DNA of 64,000 nucleotides from an uncultured Chloroflexia bacterium (GTDB taxonomy: Bacteria > Chloroflexota > Limnocylindria > Limnocylindrales > CSP1-4), in contig CAWIML010000009.1 in NCBI GenBank assembly GCA_963837215.1, positions 222,739-286,738 of the forward strand, in the 5' to 3' direction. Positions 47,059 to 56,771 of the stretch are shown here, one piece after another. Below the pieces are notes generated by a model, which worked only from the letters and a program-made list of their open reading frames with translations, made no database searches and was not told the DNA's origin. Position 1 is the stretch's first letter; each line of letters opens with the position of its first letter. A program made the translations under genes and the position numbers.

Positions 47059-47940
47059 TCAGGCATCTTCAGGCGTCGGCAGATGGGCCCGCAACCAGGC
47101 CACGCTGCGCTCGACCATCGCCAGCTCGTCGACATCATCCGGTCCGAGGGATGCCAGCTCCACGCAGACCGGGCCGTCGAACCCCGCTCGGGCGAGGATG
47201 TCGATGAGTCCATCGAGGTCAGCGACGCCCTCGCCGAGCGCCGTGCATACCGGACCGCCTGGTACCGTCGGGTCGCCCGCGAGGTGGTCCTTGAGCTGGA
47301 CGAGCAGGGTGTACGGCGCGAGCGCCCGCGTGCCCTCCGCCATGTCGTCGCCGACCCGCGGCAGATTCACGTTGTCGAGGCAGACGCCCATGGTGTCGGG
47401 GCGGTCCACTCGCTCGAACAACTCGAGGATGTCACGCGCGCGCAGGTCGCCGTGGTTCTCCAGCGCGAGCCTGACCCCGTGCTCAGCAGCGATATCCGCA
47501 GCTCGCCGTGTGGGACCGACCAGACGCTCCACGAGGACCTCGGCCGGCTCGTCGCCTCTCGACGTCGGACTGCCCGCGGTGATCCGAAGCACGCCGTGGC
47601 CCAGACGAGCGGCCGCGTCGATCCAACGAGCCAGCTCCTGCTCGGCGCCGTACGAGCGGCCGCCGTCGAGGCCATGGAATCGGCCGGACGGCCACGGATG
47701 GCCCCAGGAGAAGCCGGCGCGGACGCTCTGGCCAGCGGCCGCGAGCATCGCCTCGTCGATCAGCTCGGGTTCAGGGAGGTAGCAGGTCTCGAGGAAGACG
47801 ACGTCAGCCCCGGCCGCTCGTGCGTGGCGCAGGACCGGTCCGGGCTCGGGGGCCCACGGCTCGTGCACCGAGGCGGCCTCTCCAGGCCGATGCTCGCCGT
47901 ACCGCCGATGGTAGGAATAGCTGTCGATCCCGACCTGCAT
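47059..47940 (-). CDS. Sugar phosphate isomerase/epimerase (xylose-isomerase-like TIM barrel)
   Basis: 293 aa. MQVGIDSYSY..., LALENH and VQLKD blocks. GAGGAG RBS. Confidence 0.75.
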   Translation of the reverse strand: MQVGIDSYSYHRRYGEHRPGEAASVHEPWAPEPGPVLRHARAAGADVVFLETCYLPEPELIDEAMLAAAGQSVRAGFSWGHPWPSGRFHGLDGGRSYGAEQELARWIDAAARLGHGVLRITAGSPTSRGDEPAEVLVERLVGPTRRAADIAAEHGVRLALENHGDLRARDILELFERVDRPDTMGVCLDNVNLPRVGDDMAEGTRALAPYTLLVQLKDHLAGDPTVPGGPVCTALGEGVADLDGLIDILARAGFDGPVCVELASLGPDDVDELAMVERSVAWLRAHLPTPEDA

Positions 47941-47971
47941 CTCGACTCCTCACCGGCTCGCCGTGATGGCC

Positions 47972-48003
47972 TATGCTACTTGCCTCGCTGGAAACGTCAC
48001 CAG
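47972..48003. promoter_or_regulatory. Possible -10 (TATGCT) plus operator-like GCTGGAAACGTCACCAG
   Basis: In the divergent gap 47941..48044. The same TATG[CA]TACTTGC..GCTGGAAACG arrangement recurs at 61036..61062. Confidence 0.5.
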
Positions 48004-48044
48004 CCAAGGCATGCAACCGGCTCGGCCGACGGAGGAGAACGCCG

Positions 48045-48755
48045 ATGATCCAGGTCGAAGGATTGAACGGCCGCGTCGCTGTCGTGACCGGGGCAGGCCG
48101 CGGCATCGGCCAGCGGATCGCCGAGGTGCTGGCGGGCAACGGCGCCAAGGTCGCAGCACTGGACCTCGCGGCACCGGCCCACGAGGGCATCCTGGGCATC
48201 GCCTGCGATGTCAGCGACGAGGTGGCGGTCGAGGCGGCGTTCGACCGTGTCGAGGCTGAACTCGGCCAGGTCTCCGTGCTGGTGCTCAACGCCGGCATCT
48301 TCCCCATCGTCCCGTTCGAGGAAACGACGCGCGAGCTGTGGGATCGGACCATGGCCATCAACCTCACCGGCGCCTTCCTGTGTGCGCGCCGAGCTCTGCC
48401 GACGATGCGCGAGGCGGGCTACGGCAGGATCGTGGGCATCGGCTCGAGCGCCGGAAAGGCCGGCGGCGCGCGGTCGGTCGCCGCGTATGCCGCCAGTAAG
48501 GCAGGGGTCATGACGCTCATGAAGTCCATCGCCAACGAGTACGCGAAATTCGGCATCACCGCCAATGCCCTGGCTCCGGCCCTCATCGATACACCGATGA
48601 TCGACAACACGCGCGATCTCGTGAGCCGCATCCCCGTCGGACGGTTCGGGACCGTGGACGAGGTCGCCTCGCTCGTCGCCTTCCTCGCCTCCGGGCACGC
48701 CGGCTACATCACCGGCGAGGTGACCGACATCAACGGTGGCTTCCTGATCGATTGA
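48045..48755 (+). CDS. SDR-family oxidoreductase (FabG-like)
   Basis: ATG 48045 after GGAGGAG. TGAGRGIG and YAASK motifs. Confidence 0.85.
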   Translation: MIQVEGLNGRVAVVTGAGRGIGQRIAEVLAGNGAKVAALDLAAPAHEGILGIACDVSDEVAVEAAFDRVEAELGQVSVLVLNAGIFPIVPFEETTRELWDRTMAINLTGAFLCARRALPTMREAGYGRIVGIGSSAGKAGGARSVAAYAASKAGVMTLMKSIANEYAKFGITANALAPALIDTPMIDNTRDLVSRIPVGRFGTVDEVASLVAFLASGHAGYITGEVTDINGGFLID

Positions 48756-48802
48756 CAGAGGAGTGCCAGTGGCCGAGCCGGAGCGGGACATCGGTCGATC
48801 CG

Positions 48803-49846
48803 ATGATGGCAGCCGGCGATGGCCGCGTTGTCCGCACGGTCCGTGGCCCGATCGACTCGACCGAGCTCGGGGTCACGCTCACCCACGAGCACCTCTGGAT
48901 GGACGCGACCCCACTGCTGGCGCTCCACGGCTACCCATCGGCGGACGGAGGCCCATGGGATGCTGCGGTCGCCGCCGAGGCGCGCTGGAACCCGGGCACC
49001 CACGCTGACAACTACCGGCTCACCGACGTCGCCGCGACCGTCGAGGAACTCGCCCCCTTCATCCGCGCCGGTGGGCGCTCGATCGTCGAGCTCACGCCGC
49101 GATCGCTTGGCGGGGACGCCATCCGACTCCGCGAGATCGCCGAGCGCGCCGGCATCCACGTCGTGCTCGGCGCCGGGCAGTATCTGGAGCCGATCCACGA
49201 GCCCTGGGTCGCGGCCGCGACCGAGGCCGAGATCACCGACCGGCTCCTGACCGAGGTGGACGAAGGGGTCGACGGCTCAGGCATCCGGCCCGGGATCCTC
49301 GGGGAGATCGGGACATCCGATCCGGTGCGGCCCGGAGAGGCGAAGGTCCTGCGCGCCGTGGCCGCCGCATCGACCGTGTCGGGCCTGCCGATCTCCGTGC
49401 ATCTCCACCCATGGGGGCACGAGGGCATGCCAGTCCTGGACACGCTGGTCTCGGGCGGTGCCGCGCCCGAGCGGGTGATCCTGGGGCACCTCAACACGGC
49501 CATCGACCAGCCGGACCAACTGCGCGCTCTCGCGGACCGCGGGACGACGCTCGGCTTCGACCTGTTCGGCTTCGACCACTCCCTGCTTGGTCCGGGCCGT
49601 TGGCCGCCCTCGGACCGGGACGTCGCGAGCACGATCGCTGCGCTCGTGGACGAAGGCCTTGGCGACCGGATCGTCCTGAGTCAGGACATCGGGGTGCGGA
49701 CGCGCCTTCGTCGATGGGGCGGCTGGGGGTACGCCCACCTCCTGGAGCATGTGGTCCCGCTGATGCGCGATCTCGGGATCGGGGATCCGGCGCTGCGCTC
49801 CATGCTCGTCGACACGCCGGCTCGGTTGCTGACGGTCTCCGCGTGA
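48803..49846 (+). CDS. Phosphotriesterase-family hydrolase, probable lactonase
   Basis: GVTLTHEHLWMD, GEIGTS, VHLHPW and LGHLN blocks. Start ATG 48803 chosen by length comparison with the paralog 46131..47057. Confidence 0.8.
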   Translation: MMAAGDGRVVRTVRGPIDSTELGVTLTHEHLWMDATPLLALHGYPSADGGPWDAAVAAEARWNPGTHADNYRLTDVAATVEELAPFIRAGGRSIVELTPRSLGGDAIRLREIAERAGIHVVLGAGQYLEPIHEPWVAAATEAEITDRLLTEVDEGVDGSGIRPGILGEIGTSDPVRPGEAKVLRAVAAASTVSGLPISVHLHPWGHEGMPVLDTLVSGGAAPERVILGHLNTAIDQPDQLRALADRGTTLGFDLFGFDHSLLGPGRWPPSDRDVASTIAALVDEGLGDRIVLSQDIGVRTRLRRWGGWGYAHLLEHVVPLMRDLGIGDPALRSMLVDTPARLLTVSA

Positions 49847-51725
49847 CGTTCGCGCGCCGCGGCGAAGACGAAACCCCCGCCGACGGGCGCGACCCGCGCC
49901 TGACCCGACTCTCGCCGTCGCTGTGGTGGTTCCGCGACACCTGCAACGTCTTTGTGTGGACCGCCGGCGAGCGGGGACTGCTCATCGACTTCGGGTCGGG
50001 CGGCGATCCTCGATGTGCTCGACCAGATCGGCGTTCGCGAGGTCGTGGCCATCGCCCACACGCATCACCATCGCGATCAGTGCGGCGGGGATGATCGCGC
50101 GGTCGAGCGCGGGATCCCGATCTGGGTGCCGGAGCGCGAACGTGCGTTGTTCGATCAGACGGAGGCGTTCTGGCGGGTCCGCCGCACCTACGACAGCTAC
50201 GACGCGTCCAGCCTGGGCTTCACGCGCGCATCGTCGGTCCCGGTCGCGCGGGCGCTTGCCGACGGCGAGCGAGTCCGATGGGCGGCCGGCAGCATGGAGA
50301 TCGTCCCGACACCCGGCCACACCAAGGGCTCCATCAGCCTGCTCGCGGAGATCGACGGGACGCCGGTCGCGTTCACGGGCGACCTCATCGCGGGCCACGG
50401 CCGGGTCCCGACCCTGCACGATCTCCAGTGGCAGTACGGGATGCCGGATGCGGTCGGGGCGGCGCTGCATTCCGTCACGGCGCTCGCGGGGCGGGGTCCT
50501 ATCGCATGTCCTCCCGTCGCACGGTGCCCCGATGGACAAGGGTCTGACGGCCCTGCGCGCGCTGGCGGGGAACCTGCGCACCCTCGCCCGACTCCTGGCG
50601 GAGATCCGTCGCAATCGACTCTGGACGACCTGGCCGAGCAGCGTCGACCAGCCGCTCGCGCACGTCCTGCCACACCTGTGGGTCAACAGCCACAGCGTCG
50701 CCAACACGTACGCGCTCGTCGACGATGCCGGGGACGCCATGATCCTGGACTACGGCTTTCCTTCCTGGGATCACTTCTTTGCGGACCAGCGCTTCGTGGC
50801 CCACACCATGGATACCTTCAGCGCGGAGGCTGGCGTGCGGCGGGTCGTCGCGGCCATCCCGAGCCACTATCACGACGACCACCTGGCAGGCGTGCCCTGG
50901 CTTCAACGGGAGCACGGCGCGCAGGCATGGATCCACGAGTCATTCGCCGCGATCGTGTCGGATCCGGCGCGTCACGACCTGCCCTGCCTCTGGCCGGAGC
51001 CGATCCGGGTCGACCGGGTGCTTGCCGATGGCGATGTCATCGAGCACGCCGGCGCGCGTTTCGAAACGTTCCACATGCCAGGGCACACGATGTTCGCCAT
51101 GGGTCTGGCCGGCAGTTTGGACGGCATACGGGTGGCGTACACGGGCGACAATCTGCTCGCTGGCGCGCTGAGTCCATTGCGGGCAGCCGCGCCCATCTAC
51201 CGCAATGTCATGCGGCACGACTCCATCCGCGTCGGGGTGGAGCGCCTCATGGCGTACGAACCGGAGCTGCTGCTGACGGGTCACACTGGAGCGCTGGAGG
51301 TGACCCGCGCCGACCTAGACGACTTCGTCGCCTGGGCCCGCGAGCTGGAGCTGGTCGTCGCTCGGTTGGCGCCCATGCCCGGGCTGGAGGACGAGGCGCT
51401 CGATCCGTACGTCGCGCGGTTCGACCCCTACCGCGCGACGGTCGTCGCAGGCACGCGTGCAGAGACGCGCCTCACCGTGCGCAACCACATCGCCGAGGCG
51501 CGAGACGTCCGCGTCCGGGTCCGAGCCCCGATAGGCTGGCTCGTCGAGCCGGTGGAGGCGAACGCGCTCGTGCCAGGCGGCGGCGAGACCGTCACCTTCT
51601 CGTTCAGCCTGGCCGTCCCTCCGGCCGCCGCCCCGGGTCGGGCCGTCGTCACCGCCGAGGTGGATCTCGGCGATCAGCCGCGAGGCGAGCTCGCAGAGAC
51701 CCTTCTGGAGGTCCTAGCCGCATGA
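49843..51725 (+). pseudogene. Double metallo-beta-lactamase-fold protein, two +1 frameshifts
   Basis: The GTG 49843 frame (LWWFRDTCNVFVWTAGERGLLIDFGSG) shifts at about 49995-50005 to AILDV..AHTHHHRDQ..TPGHTKG. It shifts again at about 50489-50498 to VLPSHGAP... and a second MBL domain (SHYHDDHLAG, MPGHT, TGHTG). Confidence 0.65.
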
Positions 51726-52894
51726 CGGACGACGGCCTGCGCATCATGGGCGGCACCGTCATCGACCCGGCGAGCGGGCAGCACGCTGCCGCCGATGTCG
51801 CCGTCGCCGGTGGACGGATCGCTGCGGTCGAAACGCGCCTCGCATCGTCGGACACGGGCGATGTGCTGGATGCCACGGACCTGCTCGTCGTACCCGGCCT
51901 GGTCGACCTCCACGTCCACGTCTACTGGGGCGTCGCCGACCTGTCCGTCGAGGCCGACCCGACCTGCCTCGGCCGCGGCGCCACGACGGTGGTGGACGCG
52001 GGGTCCGCCGGAGCCAACACCTTTCCTGGGTTCCGGCGCTACGTCGTCGACGCCAGCCGCGGTCGGGTGCTCGCGTACCTGAACATCAGCGCCACCGGCC
52101 AGATCGATCCGTTCCTGGGGGAACTGCACGACCTGCGCTTTGCCGATCCGGAGCGCGCGGCGGCGGTCGCGCTGGCGAACCCGGACGTCATCGTCGGCTT
52201 CAAGGTGCGCCTCTCGGAGATGCTCGCCGGGCCCAACGGCCTGGCCGGCCTGGATCTGGCGCTGGAGGCGGGCCGCGCAACGGGCCTGCCGGTCATGGTC
52301 CACATCGGCGGTACGCCGTTCGACATCGAAGCGGTGCTCGGCCGCCTCCGCAAGGGCGACATCGTGACCCATGCCTACACCGAGTGGCGGCCAGGCATCG
52401 TCGCCTCGGACGGGCGCGTCGTGGCCGCAGCCCACGAGGCGCGGGCGCGGGGCGTTCGGTTCGACGTCGGCCATGGGGCCGGCAGCTTCACCTGGGCCGT
52501 CGCAGAAGCGGCCCTTGCCGATGGATTCCGACCCGACACCATCAGCTCCGACCTGCACCGTTTCAACGTCGCCAGCCCGGTCCACGACCTCGCCACGACG
52601 CTCTCGAAGTTCCTCCTTCTGGGCCTACCCCTCGACGACGTCATCGCGATGGCCACGACGGCGCCGGCCGCAGCCCTCTCACGCGAGCGTGATCTGGCGA
52701 CGCTCGCGGTCGGCGCGGAGGCGGACATCGCGCTCCTCCGCCTGGAGGAAGGTCGCTTCGACCTGACCGACTCGGCAGGTACGACCCGTGAGGCGCCTCA
52801 GCGCCTTGTCCCAGTGGCCGTGATCCGCGCCGGACGGCAGGTGCCCATCGAGCCACTCGCCACGGAGCCACCGTCGGGCATCAGTCCTGGCTGA
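51722..52894 (+). CDS. Amidohydrolase-superfamily metallohydrolase (dihydroorotase/deacetylase-like)
   Basis: VPGLVDLHVHVY metal motif, VMVHIG and DVGHG blocks. ATGA overlap with the upstream gene. Confidence 0.75.
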   Translation: MTDDGLRIMGGTVIDPASGQHAAADVAVAGGRIAAVETRLASSDTGDVLDATDLLVVPGLVDLHVHVYWGVADLSVEADPTCLGRGATTVVDAGSAGANTFPGFRRYVVDASRGRVLAYLNISATGQIDPFLGELHDLRFADPERAAAVALANPDVIVGFKVRLSEMLAGPNGLAGLDLALEAGRATGLPVMVHIGGTPFDIEAVLGRLRKGDIVTHAYTEWRPGIVASDGRVVAAAHEARARGVRFDVGHGAGSFTWAVAEAALADGFRPDTISSDLHRFNVASPVHDLATTLSKFLLLGLPLDDVIAMATTAPAAALSRERDLATLAVGAEADIALLRLEEGRFDLTDSAGTTREAPQRLVPVAVIRAGRQVPIEPLATEPPSGISPG

Positions 52895-53984
52895 CCGCCT
52901 CGATCCGGCCGGAGGCCGCGCTCCGATACAGCCCGTCGAGCACCTCCACGACCCGAGCGCCCAGCTCGGCTGGCGATGGATTCTCCGTCGTGCGGCCGAG
53001 GACCAGGTCGACGATCCGGTCGATCACGCGATCGAACGACCATCGGACGTCCTCTTCGTCGAGGGTCACGGTCACCTCATCGGAGCCTGTGGACCGAACC
53101 ACGCGCGGTGCCGCCATGTCCAAGATGACCTGGCCGCGGCGGCCGGTCAGCCGAATCGTGAGCTGATGCTGGTTCCCGAACGTGCCCGGCGGCAACGAGG
53201 ACCCCCCGATCGAGCCGATCGCGCCACCCACGAAGCGAACTGCGAGGGCATCGTGGAGCTCCACGCGCGCGCCCGGGCCGCCCGTGAAGGCGGCCACCTC
53301 CTGGGCACGTAGGCCCGGCAACAGGTGCATCACGAGGCCAAGTGCGTGGGTCAGCTGGCCCTGTCCGTATCCTCCACCGGAAACGGCCGGGTCCGACCAA
53401 GTCTCGTGGCGCGGCAGGGGGACGTCTTCACCGCCCAGGTATGTCGCTCCGTCGGTCAAGAGGTCGCGGACGACGGTCGCCATCTCGACACCGACGTGCT
53501 CCAACTCGCCGATGCCGTCCGGTCCGTGGATGAGACGTCGTGCGTGCCCCACGATGCCCATCTCGTTCCAGGCGTAGCAGAGCACCACGTGGAGATCGCG
53601 CCGTCGGGCGAGGTGATCGATCGCCCAGGCGTCGGCTGGGTCGATCGTGAAAGGCTTCTCGGCCAGGACGTGGATGCCCGCCTCCAGCGCGGTGCGCGCC
53701 TGTACCGCCCGAAGGGCAACGGGGCCCGTGAGAGCCACGATATCCGGCTCGGCGTCGATGACCTCGTGCCAGTCTGTCGTCGCGTGCCTGAAGCCGAACC
53801 GGTCCCGCAGCATGGCGAGCTCCGCGGGGTCGCGCCGATTCACGATCCAGGGCGCGACCTCCGAATGTCGGAGGAAGCCGGGGATGTGCGCGAAGGCCGC
53901 CCATGCGCCCGCACCGATGACCCCCAGACGAAGCTGGTGCCCGCCGTCCAGTCCGGGCGCTACGTCTCGCGGCGGGTCCCTCAC
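52881..53984 (-). CDS. Gfo/Idh/MocA-family dehydrogenase
   Basis: LRLGVIGAGAW, EKPF and SGGGYGQGQLTH. Closest paralog of 19879..20949. GTGA overlap with the upstream SDR. Confidence 0.85.
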   Translation of the reverse strand: MRDPPRDVAPGLDGGHQLRLGVIGAGAWAAFAHIPGFLRHSEVAPWIVNRRDPAELAMLRDRFGFRHATTDWHEVIDAEPDIVALTGPVALRAVQARTALEAGIHVLAEKPFTIDPADAWAIDHLARRRDLHVVLCYAWNEMGIVGHARRLIHGPDGIGELEHVGVEMATVVRDLLTDGATYLGGEDVPLPRHETWSDPAVSGGGYGQGQLTHALGLVMHLLPGLRAQEVAAFTGGPGARVELHDALAVRFVGGAIGSIGGSSLPPGTFGNQHQLTIRLTGRRGQVILDMAAPRVVRSTGSDEVTVTLDEEDVRWSFDRVIDRIVDLVLGRTTENPSPAELGARVVEVLDGLYRSAASGRIEAVSQD

Positions 53985-54697
53985 GTCATGATCCAGCCGC
54001 CATTGACATCGATCGTCGCGCCGTTGATATAGCTTGCCGCATCGGAGGCCAGGAAGCCGACGACCTGGGCGATCTCGATGGGGGCGGCGAAGCGGCCCAG
54101 CGGTACGAGCGCGATGAAGTGCTCGCGCTCCTCCGCGGTGAGATGGTCGGTCATGAAACCTTCCACCGCTCCCGGCGCGACGGCGTTGGCCGTGATGCCA
54201 TGAGGGCCGTAGTTGCGGGCGAAGTTCTTCATCAGGCTGATGACGCCCGCCTTGGCGGCGTTGTAGACGGCGGAGTTGGAGACGCCACCAGTGCGGGCCC
54301 CGACGCTGGAGATGCCGATGATCCGGCCCCAGCGATTGGGACGCATCGCCTCCGCAGCCGCCTGCGAGAGGAAGAAGACAGCGCGCAGGTTCACCGAGGT
54401 CTGCAGGTCGTAGTCGTCGAGCGTGACGTCCCGAAGCGGATGGTCGTGGACGTAGACCGCGGCGTTGTGGACGAGGACGTCAAGGCGTCCTTCCGTGGCC
54501 ATGACGTCCGCCACGATCTGGCCCGGTACAGCTGGATCCAGCAGGTCGGCGGCGACTGTTCGTGCCAGACTCCCACGCGTCTGGTCCAGTCGGTCCAGGC
54601 CTACGACCCGGTGTCCCGACTCCGCCAACACGTCGCACATCGCGCGGCCCATCCCGCGCGCGCTACCGGTGACGAGCGCGACCCGGGACTCGGTCAT
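53981..54697 (-). CDS. SDR-family oxidoreductase
   Basis: TGSARGMG and YNAAK motifs. Confidence 0.85.
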   Translation of the reverse strand: MTESRVALVTGSARGMGRAMCDVLAESGHRVVGLDRLDQTRGSLARTVAADLLDPAVPGQIVADVMATEGRLDVLVHNAAVYVHDHPLRDVTLDDYDLQTSVNLRAVFFLSQAAAEAMRPNRWGRIIGISSVGARTGGVSNSAVYNAAKAGVISLMKNFARNYGPHGITANAVAPGAVEGFMTDHLTAEEREHFIALVPLGRFAAPIEIAQVVGFLASDAASYINGATIDVNGGWIMT

Positions 54698-54752
54698 GCA
54701 CCACCCCTCCTATCGCGAATCCCGGCCAGGCCGGACGCAAGGCCGCCTCGGA

Positions 54753-55646
54753 TCAGATCCGGTAGAGCCGCTCGGCGTTGCGGTAGAGCATCTGTTCCTG
54801 CTCCGCCCGACCGAAACCGGCCTCGGCGATGATCCGCCGATAGGCGTCTGTCTGCTCCAGGTAGGTCGCATACAGGATGTCCACCGGCCAGTTCGTGCCG
54901 AACATGATGCGCTCCGGTCCGAAGGCTTCGATGCAGTGCAGTACCCAGGGCCGTATCGAGTCGATCGTCCAGTGGTTGTCCGCCATGCCGAAGCCGGACA
55001 CCTTGCAGGCCACGTTCTCGGCCTCGGCGAGCGCGGTCATCTCCGACTGCCACTGGGCGAAGTATTCGGCGTCGCGCTGGACCGGGAACCCGGCGTGACC
55101 CAGGATGACCTGGATGTCCGGGTTGGCGACGGCCACCGCGCGTCCGGACAGGAGCTTGCCGGGCGAGGCATTGAGTTCGTAGGACAGGCCGCGCTCGCCC
55201 AGCGCCGCGTACCCGCTCTTGAATGTCGCCGTGTCCGGATCGTCGGGGTGGGCCCGGATCCGGACGCCCCGCACGCGATCCGAGGCCGCCAGATGCTGGT
55301 CCAGCTTGGCTTCCGCTCCAGCCGCCTCGATGTCGCAGAAGACCACCAGCGCGTGCGGGAAGCCGAACTCCCGGCCGACCTCCTCCAGCCAGACGGTCTC
55401 CTCGAGCGCATCCGGCCCGGCGTACGCGGCCTCCACGTGGACACTCTTGGTGACGTTCGCCCCGTAGAACTCCTTGAAGAATCGCCAGGGAGCGCCGATC
55501 GTCGAGCGGATCATCTTGTAGTCGCCGAGCAGGGCGTTGTGGCCCTCCCAGCCGGGCTCCGTCAGCCAGTCGTACTGGAATCGATCGAGCTCCCAGAGGT
55601 GGTGGTGAGTCTCGATGAATGGGATGCTGCGATCGGGCTCGGTCAC
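54753..55646 (-). CDS. Amidohydrolase_2-family hydrolase (L-fuconolactonase / sugar-lactonase-like)
   Basis: IETHHHLWE N-terminal motif, GHAGFP, and FGTNWP near the C-terminus. GTG start after GGAGGAGG. Confidence 0.8.
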   Translation of the reverse strand: MTEPDRSIPFIETHHHLWELDRFQYDWLTEPGWEGHNALLGDYKMIRSTIGAPWRFFKEFYGANVTKSVHVEAAYAGPDALEETVWLEEVGREFGFPHALVVFCDIEAAGAEAKLDQHLAASDRVRGVRIRAHPDDPDTATFKSGYAALGERGLSYELNASPGKLLSGRAVAVANPDIQVILGHAGFPVQRDAEYFAQWQSEMTALAEAENVACKVSGFGMADNHWTIDSIRPWVLHCIEAFGPERIMFGTNWPVDILYATYLEQTDAYRRIIAEAGFGRAEQEQMLYRNAERLYRI

Positions 55647-55658
55647 GTGGCCTCCTCC

Positions 55659-56750
55659 TCAGTCTGGCTGGATGACTGGCAATGCCGGCTTGGATCGGCC
55701 GATTCGCTCGTACTCACGCTCGGGGATGGCCTCGAGCGTCTTCCACACGGTCCACTTGCACTGCTTGCGAGTCAGCGGGTCATCCTCCCCGCGCCACAGC
55801 GGCGGGTCCACGGTGCGGATCGGGTGGCCCCAACGCTCGGCCGGCAACGTCGAGAGCGTCAGGTTGCAGTGCGCGCAGTAGTAGCAGACACCGACCTCAT
55901 TCCAGGCCCACGGATGTCGCTCCTGAGTGACCCCGAAGTCATATGGGGCGAGGACTCGGGATCCCGTGCCCTCGATCTCGTCGCCGCGGACCTGGCGCCC
56001 ACCGGAGCCGCACGGATCGAAGCGCAGCTCCCAGCGATCATCGAACTCCACGAGGTCGATGTCGCCACGTCGGCCGGGCCCGACCAGATGCGCCCGCATC
56101 GCCTCGAGGGAGATGTACAGGTTTCGGACGAGGGTCTCGGCATACGGCCGAAGCCGCGTGTCGAAGACCATGTAACGCTCCTGGATGTACGGCTCCAGGA
56201 CCGATCGGTAGCACGGTTCCAGGGCCGCCTCGCCGAACCGCCTGGCCACGAAGGCCAGGACCCCGGCCATGAGGTCGGCGTAGCGATCGTGCAGGCGTCG
56301 CCAATCTGCGACCAGCGTCTCGAGGGCGCTTTCTCCGTCAGCGACCGATAGTTCGTAGCTGCGGATGCCGTTGCCCAGGGCGCCGGCAGACTCGCCCAGG
56401 GCTGCCCAGCGCACGGCCGGGTCGAGCGGGGTGCCATCCGGCCAAGCCATCAGCGTGCGAAGCCGCGACAGCTCGGCCTCGAGGTCGTCCTCGCTGACGC
56501 CCTGCTCGCGCAGCCAGGCGAGGAAGCCTGCCGTCCAAACGTCGTAGATGACGTAGACGACCTTGGCTTCCTCCATGAAGTAGTCGACCAACTGCGCCGC
56601 GGTCTCGCGACGGCCTGCGCCTGGCCCGAACGTGTCTCCGGCCTCGCGCAATGCCTCCTGGATCTTCGTGACCGTCGATATGGCCTGATCCGCCCAGTCG
56701 CCGGTGCGGACGCGCTTGCCGATCTCCTCGGACCACGTCAGGTGAGTCAT
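55659..56750 (-). CDS. Uncharacterised Cys-rich protein family, copy 3 (intact)
   Basis: 363 aa. EAMRAHLVGP, RFDPCGSGGR, GDEIEG, GVCYYCAHC, GHPIRTVDPP, QCKW and GRSKP. Lies between the ABC permease (21-nt gap) and the lactonase (12-nt gap). Confidence 0.8.
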   Translation of the reverse strand: MTHLTWSEEIGKRVRTGDWADQAISTVTKIQEALREAGDTFGPGAGRRETAAQLVDYFMEEAKVVYVIYDVWTAGFLAWLREQGVSEDDLEAELSRLRTLMAWPDGTPLDPAVRWAALGESAGALGNGIRSYELSVADGESALETLVADWRRLHDRYADLMAGVLAFVARRFGEAALEPCYRSVLEPYIQERYMVFDTRLRPYAETLVRNLYISLEAMRAHLVGPGRRGDIDLVEFDDRWELRFDPCGSGGRQVRGDEIEGTGSRVLAPYDFGVTQERHPWAWNEVGVCYYCAHCNLTLSTLPAERWGHPIRTVDPPLWRGEDDPLTRKQCKWTVWKTLEAIPEREYERIGRSKPALPVIQPD

Positions 56751-56771
56751 CGATCGCCGCTCGAATCGACC

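Noticed and set aside
49952-52894. 980-aa single ORF that looks like a giant protein
   Set aside because: It is a composite. Its first part is the middle of the frameshifted MBL gene. Its central roughly 400 residues are Arg/Gly/Pro-rich out-of-frame translation of the second MBL domain. Only the last 390 aa (from ATG 51722) form a coherent amidohydrolase.
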